A stretch of 64,000 bases of DNA from Terriglobia bacterium (lineage in GTDB: Bacteria > Acidobacteriota > Terriglobia > JAJPHL01 > JAPKYU01). Position numbers and translations under genes: made by a program. The notes under the pieces are model-generated. The model saw nothing but the letters and a program-made list of their open reading frames with translations, did not search any database and was not told the DNA's origin. The first letter of the stretch is position 1. Each line of letters starts with the position of its first letter. Positions 1-10,493 of this stretch are shown one piece after another. The stretch is taken from contig CBDBKE010000004.1 of the NCBI GenBank assembly GCA_965206645.1, positions 1 through 64,000 of the forward strand. Reading direction: 5' to 3'.

Positions 1-131
1 TCACCTTTGAATTCGAGGTGCTGAAATAGGCGTCGTGGACGGGTTGGACCTAGCGCGAGCACGGTACAATGAAATGAGGTTGACGGCGGAGGCATGTTGC
101 CACCTATAAGGTCCCGTAACGGAAGAGCCCC

Positions 132-590
132 GTGATTTGGCCGCACCTGCTCCGCCGCACGCTCGGTTCTTTGCGCCAGGCCGGCTGGGTTGGAGCGGAG
201 GCTGCTTTCGGAGCGCAGGGAGAAGAGCTCGCGTACTGGTACCTGCGCGACCGCGGCTTCACCCTGGTGGCGCGCAACTATCGCCACGCAGGAGTCGGCG
301 GGGAAGTGGATCTGATCGGCTGGGATGGCGAGACGCTGGTTTTTGTGGAGGTCAAGACGCGCCAGTCGGCGGAAGTGCGCCAGGCCGAGGACGCCGTGGA
401 CCGGGAGAAGCGGCGCCACCTGGTGCAGGCGGCGCGCGATTATCGGCGTTGCGCCCATCTGGAGGTGCCTTACCGCTTCGACGTCGTCAGCGTCTATCCG
501 CATCCAAACCGAGGGCGGCGGCCGAGCGGCGAGCCCGTAGTGGAACACTTCCGCGACGCCTTCAGTGAGACCGACGGAGGCGTGCCATAG
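132..590 (+). CDS. yraN: YraN family (UPF0102) putative endonuclease
   Basis: Motifs GAQGEELA..YL...G, ARNYR, GEVDLI, LVFVEVKTR and YRFDVV. Confidence 0.9.
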   Translation: MIWPHLLRRTLGSLRQAGWVGAEAAFGAQGEELAYWYLRDRGFTLVARNYRHAGVGGEVDLIGWDGETLVFVEVKTRQSAEVRQAEDAVDREKRRHLVQAARDYRRCAHLEVPYRFDVVSVYPHPNRGRRPSGEPVVEHFRDAFSETDGGVP

Positions 591-639
591 CCGGCGATGC
601 GGGAATGGCCGCCGAGCTGCCTTACCGAGGAGGAAGCGG

Positions 640-1650
640 TTGCCTGAGCTGAGGAAAGACCCGATTACCGGGCGCTGGGTGATTATCTCCACGGACCGGG
701 CCAAACGGCCGACCGACTTTTCGGTCGAGCCGGCTGAAATCCGAGGCGGCTTCTGCCCGTTTTGCCCTGGCCACGAAGATAAGACGCCGCCGGAAATTCT
801 GGCCTACCGCAGCGATGGGAGTGGGCCGAACTCGACTGGCTGGTGGGTGCGCGTAGTCCCCAACAAGTTTCCCGCCCTGTGTATCGAGGGAGCCGTGAGC
901 CGACAGGGCGAAGGACTGTTCGACAAGATGAGCGGCATCGGCGCCCACGAGGTGATCATCGAGACGCCGGTCCACGGGCAGACGCTGGCGACGCTGCCGG
1001 AAAAGCGCGTCGAGGACGTGCTGTGGGCTTTCCGCGACCGGATGATCGATCTACAGCGGGACAAGCGCTTCCGCTACGTTCTCATTTTCAAGAATCACGG
1101 CGCACCGGCCGGCGCCTCGCTGGAGCATAGCCACTCCCAACTGATTGCGCTGCCCATCGTGCCCAAGCGAGTGCGCGAGGAGGTGGACGGGGCGAAAGGC
1201 TACTACGCCTACAAGGAACGGTGCGTCTACTGCGATATCATCCGCCAGGAGCGGGATTCCGGCATCCGGGTGATCTCCGAGAACGAAGACTTCCTAACCG
1301 TGGCGCCGTACGCGCCGCGCTTCCCGTTCGAGACCTGGGTCCTGCCTAAGGAGCACGAGTCGGCCTTCGAGAACTCGCAGACGCATTTCTACGAGAACTT
1401 GGCGCGGGCGCTGAAGAACCTGTTGATGCGGGTGAACACGGTGCTGGAGATGCCCAGCTACAACCTGGTGTTCCACACCTCCCCAGTGAAGGAAGCGCCC
1501 AACAACTATTATCACTGGCACCTGGAGATGATGCCCAAGCTGACCCGGGTGGCCGGCTTCGAATGGGGTACCGGCTTCTACATTAATCCGACACCGCCGG
1601 AGGAAGCCGCCAAGTTCCTGCGCGAGGTGTCCCTGGAGCCAGCCGGCTGA
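640..1650 (+). CDS. galT: Galactose-1-phosphate uridylyltransferase
   Basis: LPELRKDPITGRWVII, CPFCPG, NKFPAL, GASLEHSHSQ (HxHxQ) and AGFEWGTG; TTG start at 640 with GGAGGA RBS. Confidence 0.93.
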   Translation: MPELRKDPITGRWVIISTDRAKRPTDFSVEPAEIRGGFCPFCPGHEDKTPPEILAYRSDGSGPNSTGWWVRVVPNKFPALCIEGAVSRQGEGLFDKMSGIGAHEVIIETPVHGQTLATLPEKRVEDVLWAFRDRMIDLQRDKRFRYVLIFKNHGAPAGASLEHSHSQLIALPIVPKRVREEVDGAKGYYAYKERCVYCDIIRQERDSGIRVISENEDFLTVAPYAPRFPFETWVLPKEHESAFENSQTHFYENLARALKNLLMRVNTVLEMPSYNLVFHTSPVKEAPNNYYHWHLEMMPKLTRVAGFEWGTGFYINPTPPEEAAKFLREVSLEPAG

Positions 1651-1688
1651 GCGGCCGGGCGGAGGGGCTGCACGAGCCGGGATGGCAA

Positions 1689-1718
1689 TTGACCCCTGCG
1701 CCGCAAGGGCGGTAGAAT
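1689..1718 (+). promoter_or_regulatory. Sigma70-type promoter of tRNA cluster
   Basis: TTGACC-18 nt-TAGAAT, 11 nt upstream of tRNA-Gly. Confidence 0.6.
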
Positions 1719-1729
1719 CATTTTTGGGC

Positions 1730-1804
<75 letters not shown>

Positions 1805-1867
1805 GGGTTTCCACGGCCCCCGTGGCGGGGGCTTTTCTGCCAGCGTCGGTCACGCCTTGCGGGAGGT

Positions 1868-1942
<75 letters not shown>

Positions 1943-2281
1943 ATATCTTTCAGCTACTTGCCTGACAACACGCCTGTTAGCCCCAAAACCGTTCTTGCTG
2001 CTCGATGACGCTGATTGCCGGTGAATGTGGCCTTTTGAGGCAGAAAGCCGGACCAAAACCGGACGGGCTTTTTTCACTGGACCAACTCCTTCGCCCGCTG
2101 GGCTTCGATGGCGGCACTGTAGCGTGCCATGGCCGCCTGTTGGTGGGCCTGGCTGATGTGTACGTACCTTTCAACCATCCTAATCGAGTTGTGCCGGTTT
2201 TGTTCCCGCACAATTCCCGCAAACTGCGTGCGGTTAGGTCCTTTGTTTTGAAGCGGAGTGCATGTAAGCTGTTGGCTGGTT

Positions 2282-2331
2282 CTACCTTGACACGGTAGAG
2301 GTCAGCGGTTCGAGCCCGCTCGGGCCTACCA
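2282..2331 (+). pseudogene. 3' half of tRNA-Val(GAC), probable att-site remnant
   Basis: CTACC-TTGACAC-GGTAG anticodon arm, T arm and CCA are present; no 5' acceptor strand or D arm upstream. Confidence 0.8.
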
Positions 2332-2386
2332 CTCGTTTCAATCACTTCCGATAATGGCACGGTGAATTCACCGGAGGGAGGGAACG

Positions 2387-3364
2387 ATGAGAACTTTTCT
2401 GCTTGTATTGCTGGTTGGAGCGCTGGCAGTGGGCAAGCTGTCTTCCCAGAGCGCGACGCCCCCTCCCGGCCGCACTGTCACAAAGGCGGAATACGAACGC
2501 TGGAAGATCGAGCTTACGAACTGGGGACGATGGGGCCAGGACGACGAGATCGGAGCCTTGAACTTGATTACGCCGGCCAAGCGAAGGCAGGCGGCGGCTC
2601 TTGTAAAGGAGGGCTTCTCGGTTTCCCTCGCAGGGGACGTTGATACCGTTCAGGCTGTTGACAATTGGTATCCCTATGAGCACACCATGCTGACGATCGG
2701 GAAGGACCGAATCGCGGTCAATTACCACGGGATTGCCCATTCGCACGTCGATTCGCTGGCCCACATGAATGCGAACGGAGTCTTCTATAACGGCTATACG
2801 CCGGATCCGGAAACGGTGCTCAAGGAAGGACACTCGAAAAACTCTATCCACAACGTAAAGAATGGCATCTTCACCCGCGGCATCCTGATCGACATTCCGC
2901 GACTGAAAGGTGTGCCGTATCTCGAACCCGGCACGCCCATTTACGTGGAGGATCTCGAGGCGTGGGAACAGAAGGCAGGGGTGAAAGTGTCGTCCGGGGA
3001 TGTGCTGTTCGTGCGCACGGGCGTGTGGGCCCGCCGGAAGGCCAAAGGGCCGTGGCTCCGAGGCAGGAGAGAAGGCGGCCGCTCGGCCGGGCTCGATCCC
3101 TCGGTGATCCCGTGGTTGAAACAGCGCGACGTCGCGGTCATGGGGAGCGACCATCCGCAGTATGTGTCCCCGTCGCCTCTCACGGCAGCTGTTCACGATT
3201 TCGCCTTGATCTACTTGGGAGTCCACTTGTTCGACAATCTGGATCTCGAAGCCCTTGCCGATGCGGCGGCCGCCCGAAACCGGTGGGAATTTCTGCTGAC
3301 GGCGGCTCCGCTGCCGATTCGTGGCGGCACCGGATCACCTTTGAATCCCATCGCGACATTTTGA
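2387..3364 (+). CDS. Secreted cyclase-family (kynurenine formamidase-like) metal-dependent hydrolase
   Basis: Signal peptide; NWGRWG.DDEIGALN, HGIAHSHVDSLAH, RGILIDIPR, GGTGSPLNPIA. Confidence 0.85.
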   Translation: MRTFLLVLLVGALAVGKLSSQSATPPPGRTVTKAEYERWKIELTNWGRWGQDDEIGALNLITPAKRRQAAALVKEGFSVSLAGDVDTVQAVDNWYPYEHTMLTIGKDRIAVNYHGIAHSHVDSLAHMNANGVFYNGYTPDPETVLKEGHSKNSIHNVKNGIFTRGILIDIPRLKGVPYLEPGTPIYVEDLEAWEQKAGVKVSSGDVLFVRTGVWARRKAKGPWLRGRREGGRSAGLDPSVIPWLKQRDVAVMGSDHPQYVSPSPLTAAVHDFALIYLGVHLFDNLDLEALADAAAARNRWEFLLTAAPLPIRGGTGSPLNPIATF

Positions 3365-3975
3365 TGGATAGTCCGTCGAGTATGGTTTCGGCGGGAGAAG
3401 ATGTATCGCTCGAAAAGGCGGCGGCGGCGTGGAAGGTGTATAAGTCCTTATGCGCCGATAGAGGTGGCCAGAAATGGATCGGTTAGTTAGTTAGGTGCCT
3501 GCCATTCTAGCAACCTTAATGTTTGCCGGAATCCCTTAAAACCCGATGGCACCATGGCCGCTCGCGAACGTATGTTGAATGGAAATTTGATGCCGATGAA
3601 GAAACTCACCCGCTCCCATTCAAGAGTCGGGAAGAGATCCTCCAGAGCGTCCATCAAGCAAGTCGGAAGCTGAATTTGGTGGGCATTTGAATCTCCCCAG
3701 TTATCCATAAATGAAATGGCGGAGCCCCGGGTGCTCGGCTCCGGAGCCTATGTGGTAAACGCTAACCGACTTGTGAGGACCTATCCGCCGGATCTGAGGC
3801 AACCGTCTTGTACTCAGAGGCTTGCAGCCATATTTAAAACCCACGGCTGGAACAAGGCGAACCTCATCACTTGCGTCATTACCAAGACAACCGAAGCCGT
3901 CCGGCCTGGCGAATCGGCGTATCATTCGCCCGAGGGAAGAATCAGCTGCCCTACCGTTTGCCATAGGAGTCCTAG

Positions 3976-4580
3976 ATGACGAAAGCCAAAACTGGCTGGC
4001 TGCTACCGGGAATATTGTGTCTGGCTTCTCTTGTCGTGGCCCAAGACACGGCTTGGAAGAAGTACATGGATGCCGCTAAGGTGGCTTCGACCGGGATCGG
4101 TACGCCGAAGCGGAGAAACAACTGCTCACCGCGCTGAAGGAGGCGGAAAAGTTCCGAGAGCAGGACCGGCGTTTGGCAGTCAACCTGGGCGCCCTGGGAA
4201 CGGTCTACCGCGCCCAGGGTAGGTACGCCGAGGCCGAGCCGCTCTTGCGGAGGGCGCTGGCGATCGTCGAGAAGCGGGTCGCCGAGAAAGAGCTGGAGCC
4301 GGAGGATCCTCGAGTGGTGGAAGTGGTGGCTCCGATCCTCGACAACCTGGCAGCGCTTTACACCGCCCAGGCCAAGTACGCCGAGGCCGAGCCGCTGTTC
4401 CGGCGAGCGCTGGCGATTCGCGAGAAGGCCCTGGGGCCGGAGCGCCCGGAGGTAGCCAAGACCCTCGACAACTACGCTGAGCTTCTACGAAAGACGAACA
4501 GGGAGGCCGAGGCCGCCAAACTGGAGGCCCGCGCCAAGGCCATCCGTGCCAAGCACGCTGGAAAGAACCCGCCGAAGTGA
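3976..4580 (+). pseudogene. Secreted TPR-repeat protein, frameshifted near 4090
   Basis: ATG 3976 with AGGAG RBS gives a signal peptide; after a frame change, repeats YAEAEPL..RALAI.EK follow. Confidence 0.75.
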
Positions 4581-4836
4581 CCTACCTCCTTTTCACCAGC
4601 AGCGCCGGATAGGTCTCCCCTAACGGGCTAGTGTTTACCTATGTTCCAAGCCTGGAGGGTGAGTGGTGTTCTTTGACTCGCGCCTACCATCGAGAATTTC
4701 AGGCCAGCCACTTCGTGTCAGGCCTGCTTCATATACCGAGCAGAATCATTTTCCCAACGTAAGGACTCTCTTGTTGTGGTATACGTTGTCAAGATAGTTA
4801 TTCTCGCTGGCTCGCAGGAGAGTCCGGGTAGGGTTC

Positions 4837-5152
4837 ATGGAAAAGCGGCGCCATCCGAGGTTCCCGGTCGAGATCCCAGTCCGTTGCGAAATTCGGGGAC
4901 CATGCCCGGCAATTCCGGGTGGTGAATATATCGCGTTTCGGCATGCTGGTGAAGGGCATCGAGCTGCCGCAGGTGGGCACGTTAGTGACGATGCGATTCT
5001 CGCTGGCCGGATCGGAGGAGACGGAAATGACGGCGGTAGTGCGCCACCACGTACATGGCGGCGAGGTGGAATTCATCGGGGTGGAATTCATCGAGGTGCT
5101 GCAGGAGCAGCAGATACAGCTGATCGATTACTTGGATCGGCTGGCAACTTAG
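4837..5152 (+). pseudogene. PilZ-domain protein, frameshifted near 4915
   Basis: RRHPR (RxxxR) in one frame; NISRFG (D/NxSxxG) and GVEF in the next frame. Confidence 0.75.
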
Positions 5153-5310
5153 GAAGGCAAACCGCCGTGGCGATCGCGCTCGCGCACCGAGTCCCGGCCG
5201 GCCCCGGCGTCGGCGCTGGTCGCGTAGCGCACGAGGGACACGCGGTTGACGCCGGGCTGCCGAGCGGCAGTCAGCATGGCAATGACCGGCCCGTAGCCGC
5301 ACATAGCAAA
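5149..5310 (-). pseudogene. C-terminal fragment of Memo/AmmeMemoRadiSam protein B
   Basis: MCGYGPV...LVRYATS.D matches the Memo C-terminus. Confidence 0.6.
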
Positions 5311-5495
5311 CGACGGACACCTGATCAATTCCACACATCCCTCAAAGTGTCACTGGCCTGAGGTGCCGTCCCCCACCCGCAAGCCATGCTGAAGGGACGC
5401 AGTATAGACGCGGGGAGGTTTGTTCTCACGGGGACACCTCGGTAGGATAGAATTCCACAGGGGACTGAAGCGGCAACCCATAAAATCAGGAGCAA

Positions 5496-6440
5496 ATGAT
5501 GCGTGCAATCATTCATCCCCTCACTCTCTTGGTAGTTTGCCTGGCTGTCGTCTCGCCGAGGGGTGCAGCCGAAGATGTTGCTGGCAGTGCGGACTACCCG
5601 GACATCGGCCGGTTTGCAGATTCGGCCATCAAGTCCTACAAGGTCGAGAACTACGGCAAGACTGTGCTGGCCACGGGGCCGGTGCGGTCCGCCAGGGATG
5701 CTAAGAAGACGGCCCGGAGGGTCGAGGGCAAGATCACTCGGATTCTATACCGCGTGCCTCCGGGCGTGTCGGCGCTCGAGGTGTTCCGAAATTTCCAGGC
5801 GAGAGTCCGTGAAGCGGGCTATGAATCGATCTTCTCGGGCGGACCGGGCGACATTCGTCCCTACGATTTCAAGTACAAGCACCCGGTGGAAATTCTCGAT
5901 AAGATCTCGATCAGCAATGAGATTCATTATCTATCTGCAAAGAAGAGTTCGGGCGCCGGAGAGATTTATCTGTCGGTGCTGGTCAGTCCGCACAGCGGCG
6001 GTGACGGACAGCGGGTGCGCGTGATCGCAGCCGAGACCAAGACGATGGAAATGCAGATGACCGACGCGGAAAAGATGCAGCTCGACATTGGAGCGACCGG
6101 GAAGGTGGTGCTTTACGGTATCTATTTCGATCATGACCGGGCGAGCATCAAGCCGGAGTCCAAGGCGACGCTGGATGAGATCGCCAAGCTCCGCGGCTCG
6201 CAGTCGTCGCTGAAGCTCATTGTGGTCGGGCACACCGATAATTCCGGTCGTTTCGACTACAACATGGATCTTTCCCAGCGCCGGGCCCGAGCTGTCGCGG
6301 ACGCACTCATCGCAAAGTATGGTGTTGCGCGAAATCGCCTGCGGAGCGAAGGCGTGGGTTACCTTGCCCCGGCAGCCAGTAATGACACTGACCAGGGGCG
6401 TACCCTCAATCGTCGCGTGGAGCTGGTCAAAGATCGCTAG
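5496..6440 (+). CDS. OmpA-family protein with DUF4892-like N-terminal domain
   Basis: Signal peptide; C-terminal GIYFD, VGHTDN, NMDLSQRRA and NRRVEL. Confidence 0.88.
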   Translation: MMRAIIHPLTLLVVCLAVVSPRGAAEDVAGSADYPDIGRFADSAIKSYKVENYGKTVLATGPVRSARDAKKTARRVEGKITRILYRVPPGVSALEVFRNFQARVREAGYESIFSGGPGDIRPYDFKYKHPVEILDKISISNEIHYLSAKKSSGAGEIYLSVLVSPHSGGDGQRVRVIAAETKTMEMQMTDAEKMQLDIGATGKVVLYGIYFDHDRASIKPESKATLDEIAKLRGSQSSLKLIVVGHTDNSGRFDYNMDLSQRRARAVADALIAKYGVARNRLRSEGVGYLAPAASNDTDQGRTLNRRVELVKDR

Positions 6441-6750
6441 TCTGGCCCGCACCCCTCGCCGACCGGGGCACCTGATCGAACAAGCATGGAGGCGGAAATC
6501 GGCCCGTTCCTGTCGATACGTGCTGGGAGGCTAATATGTTCTTATCTTCCAGCCCGGATCGATGCGCGAGCTGCCGCCCCACGAGCCTGTTCTTCCCCAT
6601 GACGCCAAGCCTCATACTTGACCTTCCCGCTCTTTTCCAACAAAAGGTATACGCTGGCTGGTAGTGGAACTCCCTGTCGAACTTTCCGCATACACTCGCT
6701 GGTAGCCCTCTGCCAGAAGACCCTTGAGAAGCTTTTAGGCTCCGAGAAGC

Positions 6751-9400
6751 CGACCTGACCGGCACTTTTTGTACCAAGTGGAAAGAGAGGAGAATCCACT
6801 TGAGGAGGAAGTGAGGTCATGCCGACAAGGAGTTACAAGCCGGAGCAGATTGTAGCGGTGCCACGGCAGATAGAAGTGCAGATGGGGAACGGAAGACTGC
6901 GCCCCAAGCCTGCAAAGAAGCTGGAATCCACACCCAAACCTACTACCGGTGGCGGAAGGAATACGGCGGGCTGAAGGTGGTGCAGGCAAAACGGCTAAAG
7001 GAGTTGGAGAAGGAAAACACGCGGCTGAAGCGGTTGGTAGCGGAGCTTTCTCTGGAGAAGCAGGTGCTGCGGGATGTGGCACAGGGAAACTTCTGAGCCC
7101 TGAGCGGCGGCGTTGTGCGGTGGAGCGTGCGTGGGAGCAACACGGGTTGTCGGAACGGCATGCCTGCCGGCTGCTGGGGCAATGGCGAGGGACACAACGA
7201 TACGAGCCGATTCATCGGGTGGACGAGGATGCTCTGACCCGAGCGATCATTGCCCTGGGAGCGAACTACGGGCGATATGGCTACCGGAGGATCACAGCGT
7301 TGCTGCGGAGTGCGGGCTGGGAAGTGGGCAAGGACCGGGTGCAGCGGATTTGGCGGCGGGAAGGGCTGAAAGTGCCGCAAAAACAAAGGCCGCGAGGACG
7401 GCTGTGGCTGAACGGACGGTTCCTGTGTACGACTGAGGCCGGAGCGACCGAACCACGTGTGGAGCTACGACTTCATGAGTGCCAGAACGCACGAGGGGAG
7501 AACGCTGCGGCTGCTGACCTTGCTGGATGAGTACACGCGGGAATGCCTGGCGATCCGGGTGGAGCGGAGGATGGGCAGCCAACAAATCATTGAGGCGTTG
7601 TCGGACGTGATGTTGTGGCGAGGGATACCGGAACAGATTCGATCCGACAATGGTCCCGAGTTCATCGCCAAACAACTGCGCCAGTGGTTGGCAAATCTAG
7701 GGACCGGGGCACTGTACATCGAACCGGGCAGTCCCTGGGAGAACGGGTACTGCGAGAGTTTCAATGGGAAACTGCGGGACGAATGCCTGAATGGAGAGAT
7801 CTTCTACTCGTTGAAGGAGGCGCAGGTAGTGATTGAGCAGTGGAGAGTGCAATACAACACGGTGCGGCCGCACTCGGCACTGGGCTACAGGCCCCCGGCG
7901 CCGGGGGCCTATAGAGTCTGTGTGAAAACCGCTCTTGCGAGTCACGTATAATGCGCCTTAAGGGGGCGCGATGAAATTCTTGACCTACAACCCGGAGCAA
8001 GCGTATCTGCTGCCGCCCAGCGTGCGGGAGGTGCAGGGAGAAGATCACATCTGTTTTTTTGTGCACCGAGTTGTGGAGCGGCTGGAACTGAGTGCGTTTG
8101 AGCAGGGCTAGGTGGAAGAAGGCCGCCCGGCCTATCATCCGGCGCTGTTGCTGAAGGTGTGGCTGTATGCCTACGCGCTGGGCGTGACCTCGGCCCGCCG
8201 TCTGGAACAGCGGGTGCGGGAGGACCTGGCGTCCCGTTATCTGGCGGCCGGAGCGGGGCCGGACTTTTGGACGCTGAACCAGTTTCGGACGCGGCACGCC
8301 CGTGCCCTGAACGATCTGTTCACACAGGTGGTGGAGTTGGCGCGGTCGCTGGGAATGGGGCGGCTGGGACACGTGGCCATGGACTCGACGCGGGTGGCGG
8401 CCAACGCCTCGCGGGACCGGGTGGAGACGGTGGCCAAGTTGCGGGCAGAGCGAGCCAAAATTCGGCGGCAGATTCGTCGCTGGCAGAAACAATGTGACGC
8501 GCAGTCCTGCGAGGAAGCGGCTGGCCGGCAACTGAGCGGCAAGCAGATGGCAGCGCTGGAGAAGCGGCTGGAAGAAATCCCGCGATGCCTGGAGCGGTTG
8601 CGCAAAAGCGGGCTGAAGCGGCGTTTGGAAACCGATCCCGACAGCCGGTTCTTGCACGACCCGCAAGGGATTCACGCTGGGTTACACGGCGGAGGTGGCG
8701 GTCAGCGAAGATCATCTGATTGTCGAGCAGCGCGTGGGGCAAAACGCCACCGACAACGCGACGCTGGTCCCTCTGGTGGAGACGGTCGAGCGACGCTGCC
8801 GGGAACGCCCGCAGAAGGTCAGCGCCGACAGCGGCTTCTTTTGCTTGGAGACCATCGTGGAACTGGCCCAGCGTGGCCTGGACGTCTATGTGCCCGACTC
8901 GAACTTGGCGCGGGAACTGAACCGAGGCCAACGCGCGCCCGGAGCACCTGCTGTACGGCATCCGGAACACCGGCGAGTGCGACGCAAGCTGCGCGACCCG
9001 GCCGGGCGGGCGGTTTATCAGCGGCGCAAGGCGATCGTGGAACCAGTGATCGGGGTTTTGAAAGAACAGCGTGGAATGCGGCAGTTCCGGCGGCGGGGCC
9101 TGGGGAAGGTCGCGGTGGAGTTCGCGCTGGCCGCAACGGCCTTCAACCTCACCCGCCTGTGGCGCAACAAACCGAAGCTAGATCAGGAAGGCTAGTTCGG
9201 CAGACTCCCGGACCGGCGACTCGGCGAAGATCGAAACACCAGAATTCTGGAGCGGATCATGATCCCTTTTGATTTCCAGCCAGCTAAACCGAGTTTCCAC
9301 ACAGGCTCTATAACCCTTTCCTACTACCAAAACCGGTTTCACGGCCCCAGGCTATGATGTAGACTCTCACTACTGTTGGTACAAAAAATCGGTCTGGTCA
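6751..9400 (+). mobile_element. IS3-family element (copy A, degraded) interrupted by IS1182
   Basis: Ends (C)GACCTGACCGGCACTTTTTGTACCA and TGGTACAAAAAATCGGTCTGGTCA; orfA/orfB with [13 protein letters not shown] and ESFNGK; extra frameshifts. Confidence 0.92.
7914..9308 (+). mobile_element. IS1182-family element (copy 1, transposase pseudogene)
   Basis: IRs GAGTCTGTGTGAAAAC / GTTTCCACACAGGCTC with TATA on both flanks; GRPAYHP..LLKVWLYAY; TAG at 8109 and frameshift near 8660. Confidence 0.9.
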
Positions 9401-9641
9401 CCAGAAAAGAATCCAACTCGACGAGCTGTTCACTCGACATGTCCTGCACCTCGCCTTTATCGGTGACGCCGCAGACCAGCACGCCGCCGTTCGCATTGGC
9501 GAACGCTGCAATCTCGTCTGCCAAATCATCACGGCTCGAACTCTTCGGGCGATTTCCGGAAAACTCGATCTGCTTGAATTCCCAATGGCTGTCTTCACCC
9601 AATGTCAGTTTGGACAGGATGTCTTCGTCACTGTAGTTCAT
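9401..9641 (-). pseudogene. AlbA_2/Schlafen-like DNA-binding protein, truncated by IS3
   Basis: GEDSHWEFK...EIAAFANANGGVLVCGVTD. Confidence 0.8.
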
Positions 9642-9775
9642 ATTTGGCCTCCGAATCCCAGCGCTTTCAGGTTGTCGGCGATCACCGCGTCCAGCCTAAC
9701 GGCCTCGGCCTCCTGCTCCCTCAACAGGGCAACCAGCTGCTTCTTCTTGTCCTCGAACGATTTTCCGCCTGCCCC
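9638..9775 (-). pseudogene. hsdM: Second hsdM 3'-end fragment
   Basis: [36 protein letters not shown] parallels the HsdM C-terminus ending at 10494. Confidence 0.7.
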
Positions 9776-9817
9776 CAGCGATACTTTGCAGAGACAAACT
9801 GCGACAGAAGGCGGTAA

Positions 9818-10108
9818 TTACATCGCTTGCGGCGCGACCGGCAATTCACGCACTAACGCTCCAACTCGCTGGTCGGCGACGACGAGATCGAATTGCGTCT
9901 GCAGGTTCAGCCAGAATTGAGGATCGACTCCGAACCAGTGCCCGAACCGCAGGGCGGTGTCGCCGGTCACGGAACGCTTGCCGGCGATAATCTGGCTGAT
10001 CCGGTTCGGCGGCACATCGATCTGGCGCGCGAACGTCGTTGGAGTCACGCCCAGTTCCGCAAGCTCGTCTTTCAGAATCTCCCCGGGATGAACGATACGC
10101 TTCAACAT
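9818..10108 (-). CDS. higA: HigA-family antitoxin (HTH)
   Basis: HPGEIL...RISQII.GKRSVTGDTALR...FWLNLQ. Confidence 0.92.
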   Translation of the reverse strand: MLKRIVHPGEILKDELAELGVTPTTFARQIDVPPNRISQIIAGKRSVTGDTALRFGHWFGVDPQFWLNLQTQFDLVVADQRVGALVRELPVAPQAM

Positions 10109-10128
10109 GCCTCCCGTCCTCCTTGCTT

Positions 10129-10410
10129 TTAGTGATAGTCCACAATCTCGACGTCGGTCGGCCCCGGACCGTCGCTCCAAGTGAAGCAGATACGCCATTG
10201 CCGGTTGATCCGGATGGAGTACTGTCCTTCTCTCTCGCCTCTGAGAGCTTCCAGGCGATTGCTTGGCAAGGCCCTCAAAGTGTCCAGCAATGGCGCCGCG
10301 TTCAGGATTGCAAGCCGCTTCGTTGCCTGCCTTTCAAATCCCTGGAATGCTGCGACGAAAGCTCCACCGGCGAACAGTTCGGTTCTCTTGTCCCGGTATC
10401 CGAGAATCAT
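10129..10410 (-). CDS. higB: HigB (RelE-like) toxin
   Basis: PSNRLEALRGEREGQYSIRINRQWRICF..VEIVDYH, upstream of higA. Confidence 0.92.
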   Translation of the reverse strand: MILGYRDKRTELFAGGAFVAAFQGFERQATKRLAILNAAPLLDTLRALPSNRLEALRGEREGQYSIRINRQWRICFTWSDGPGPTDVEIVDYH

Positions 10411-10493
10411 GCTAACGCTAGTGTAACGATTATTGACGATAGACGTCAAGCGTCACGCGGCGCAAGAAAAGAAGACCTTGCCATCGCGGCAGA

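Noticed and set aside
8109-8111. In-frame TAG in IS1182 as recoding (pyrrolysine or readthrough)
   Set aside because: Copy 3 has TAC at this site and both TAG copies carry additional lesions.
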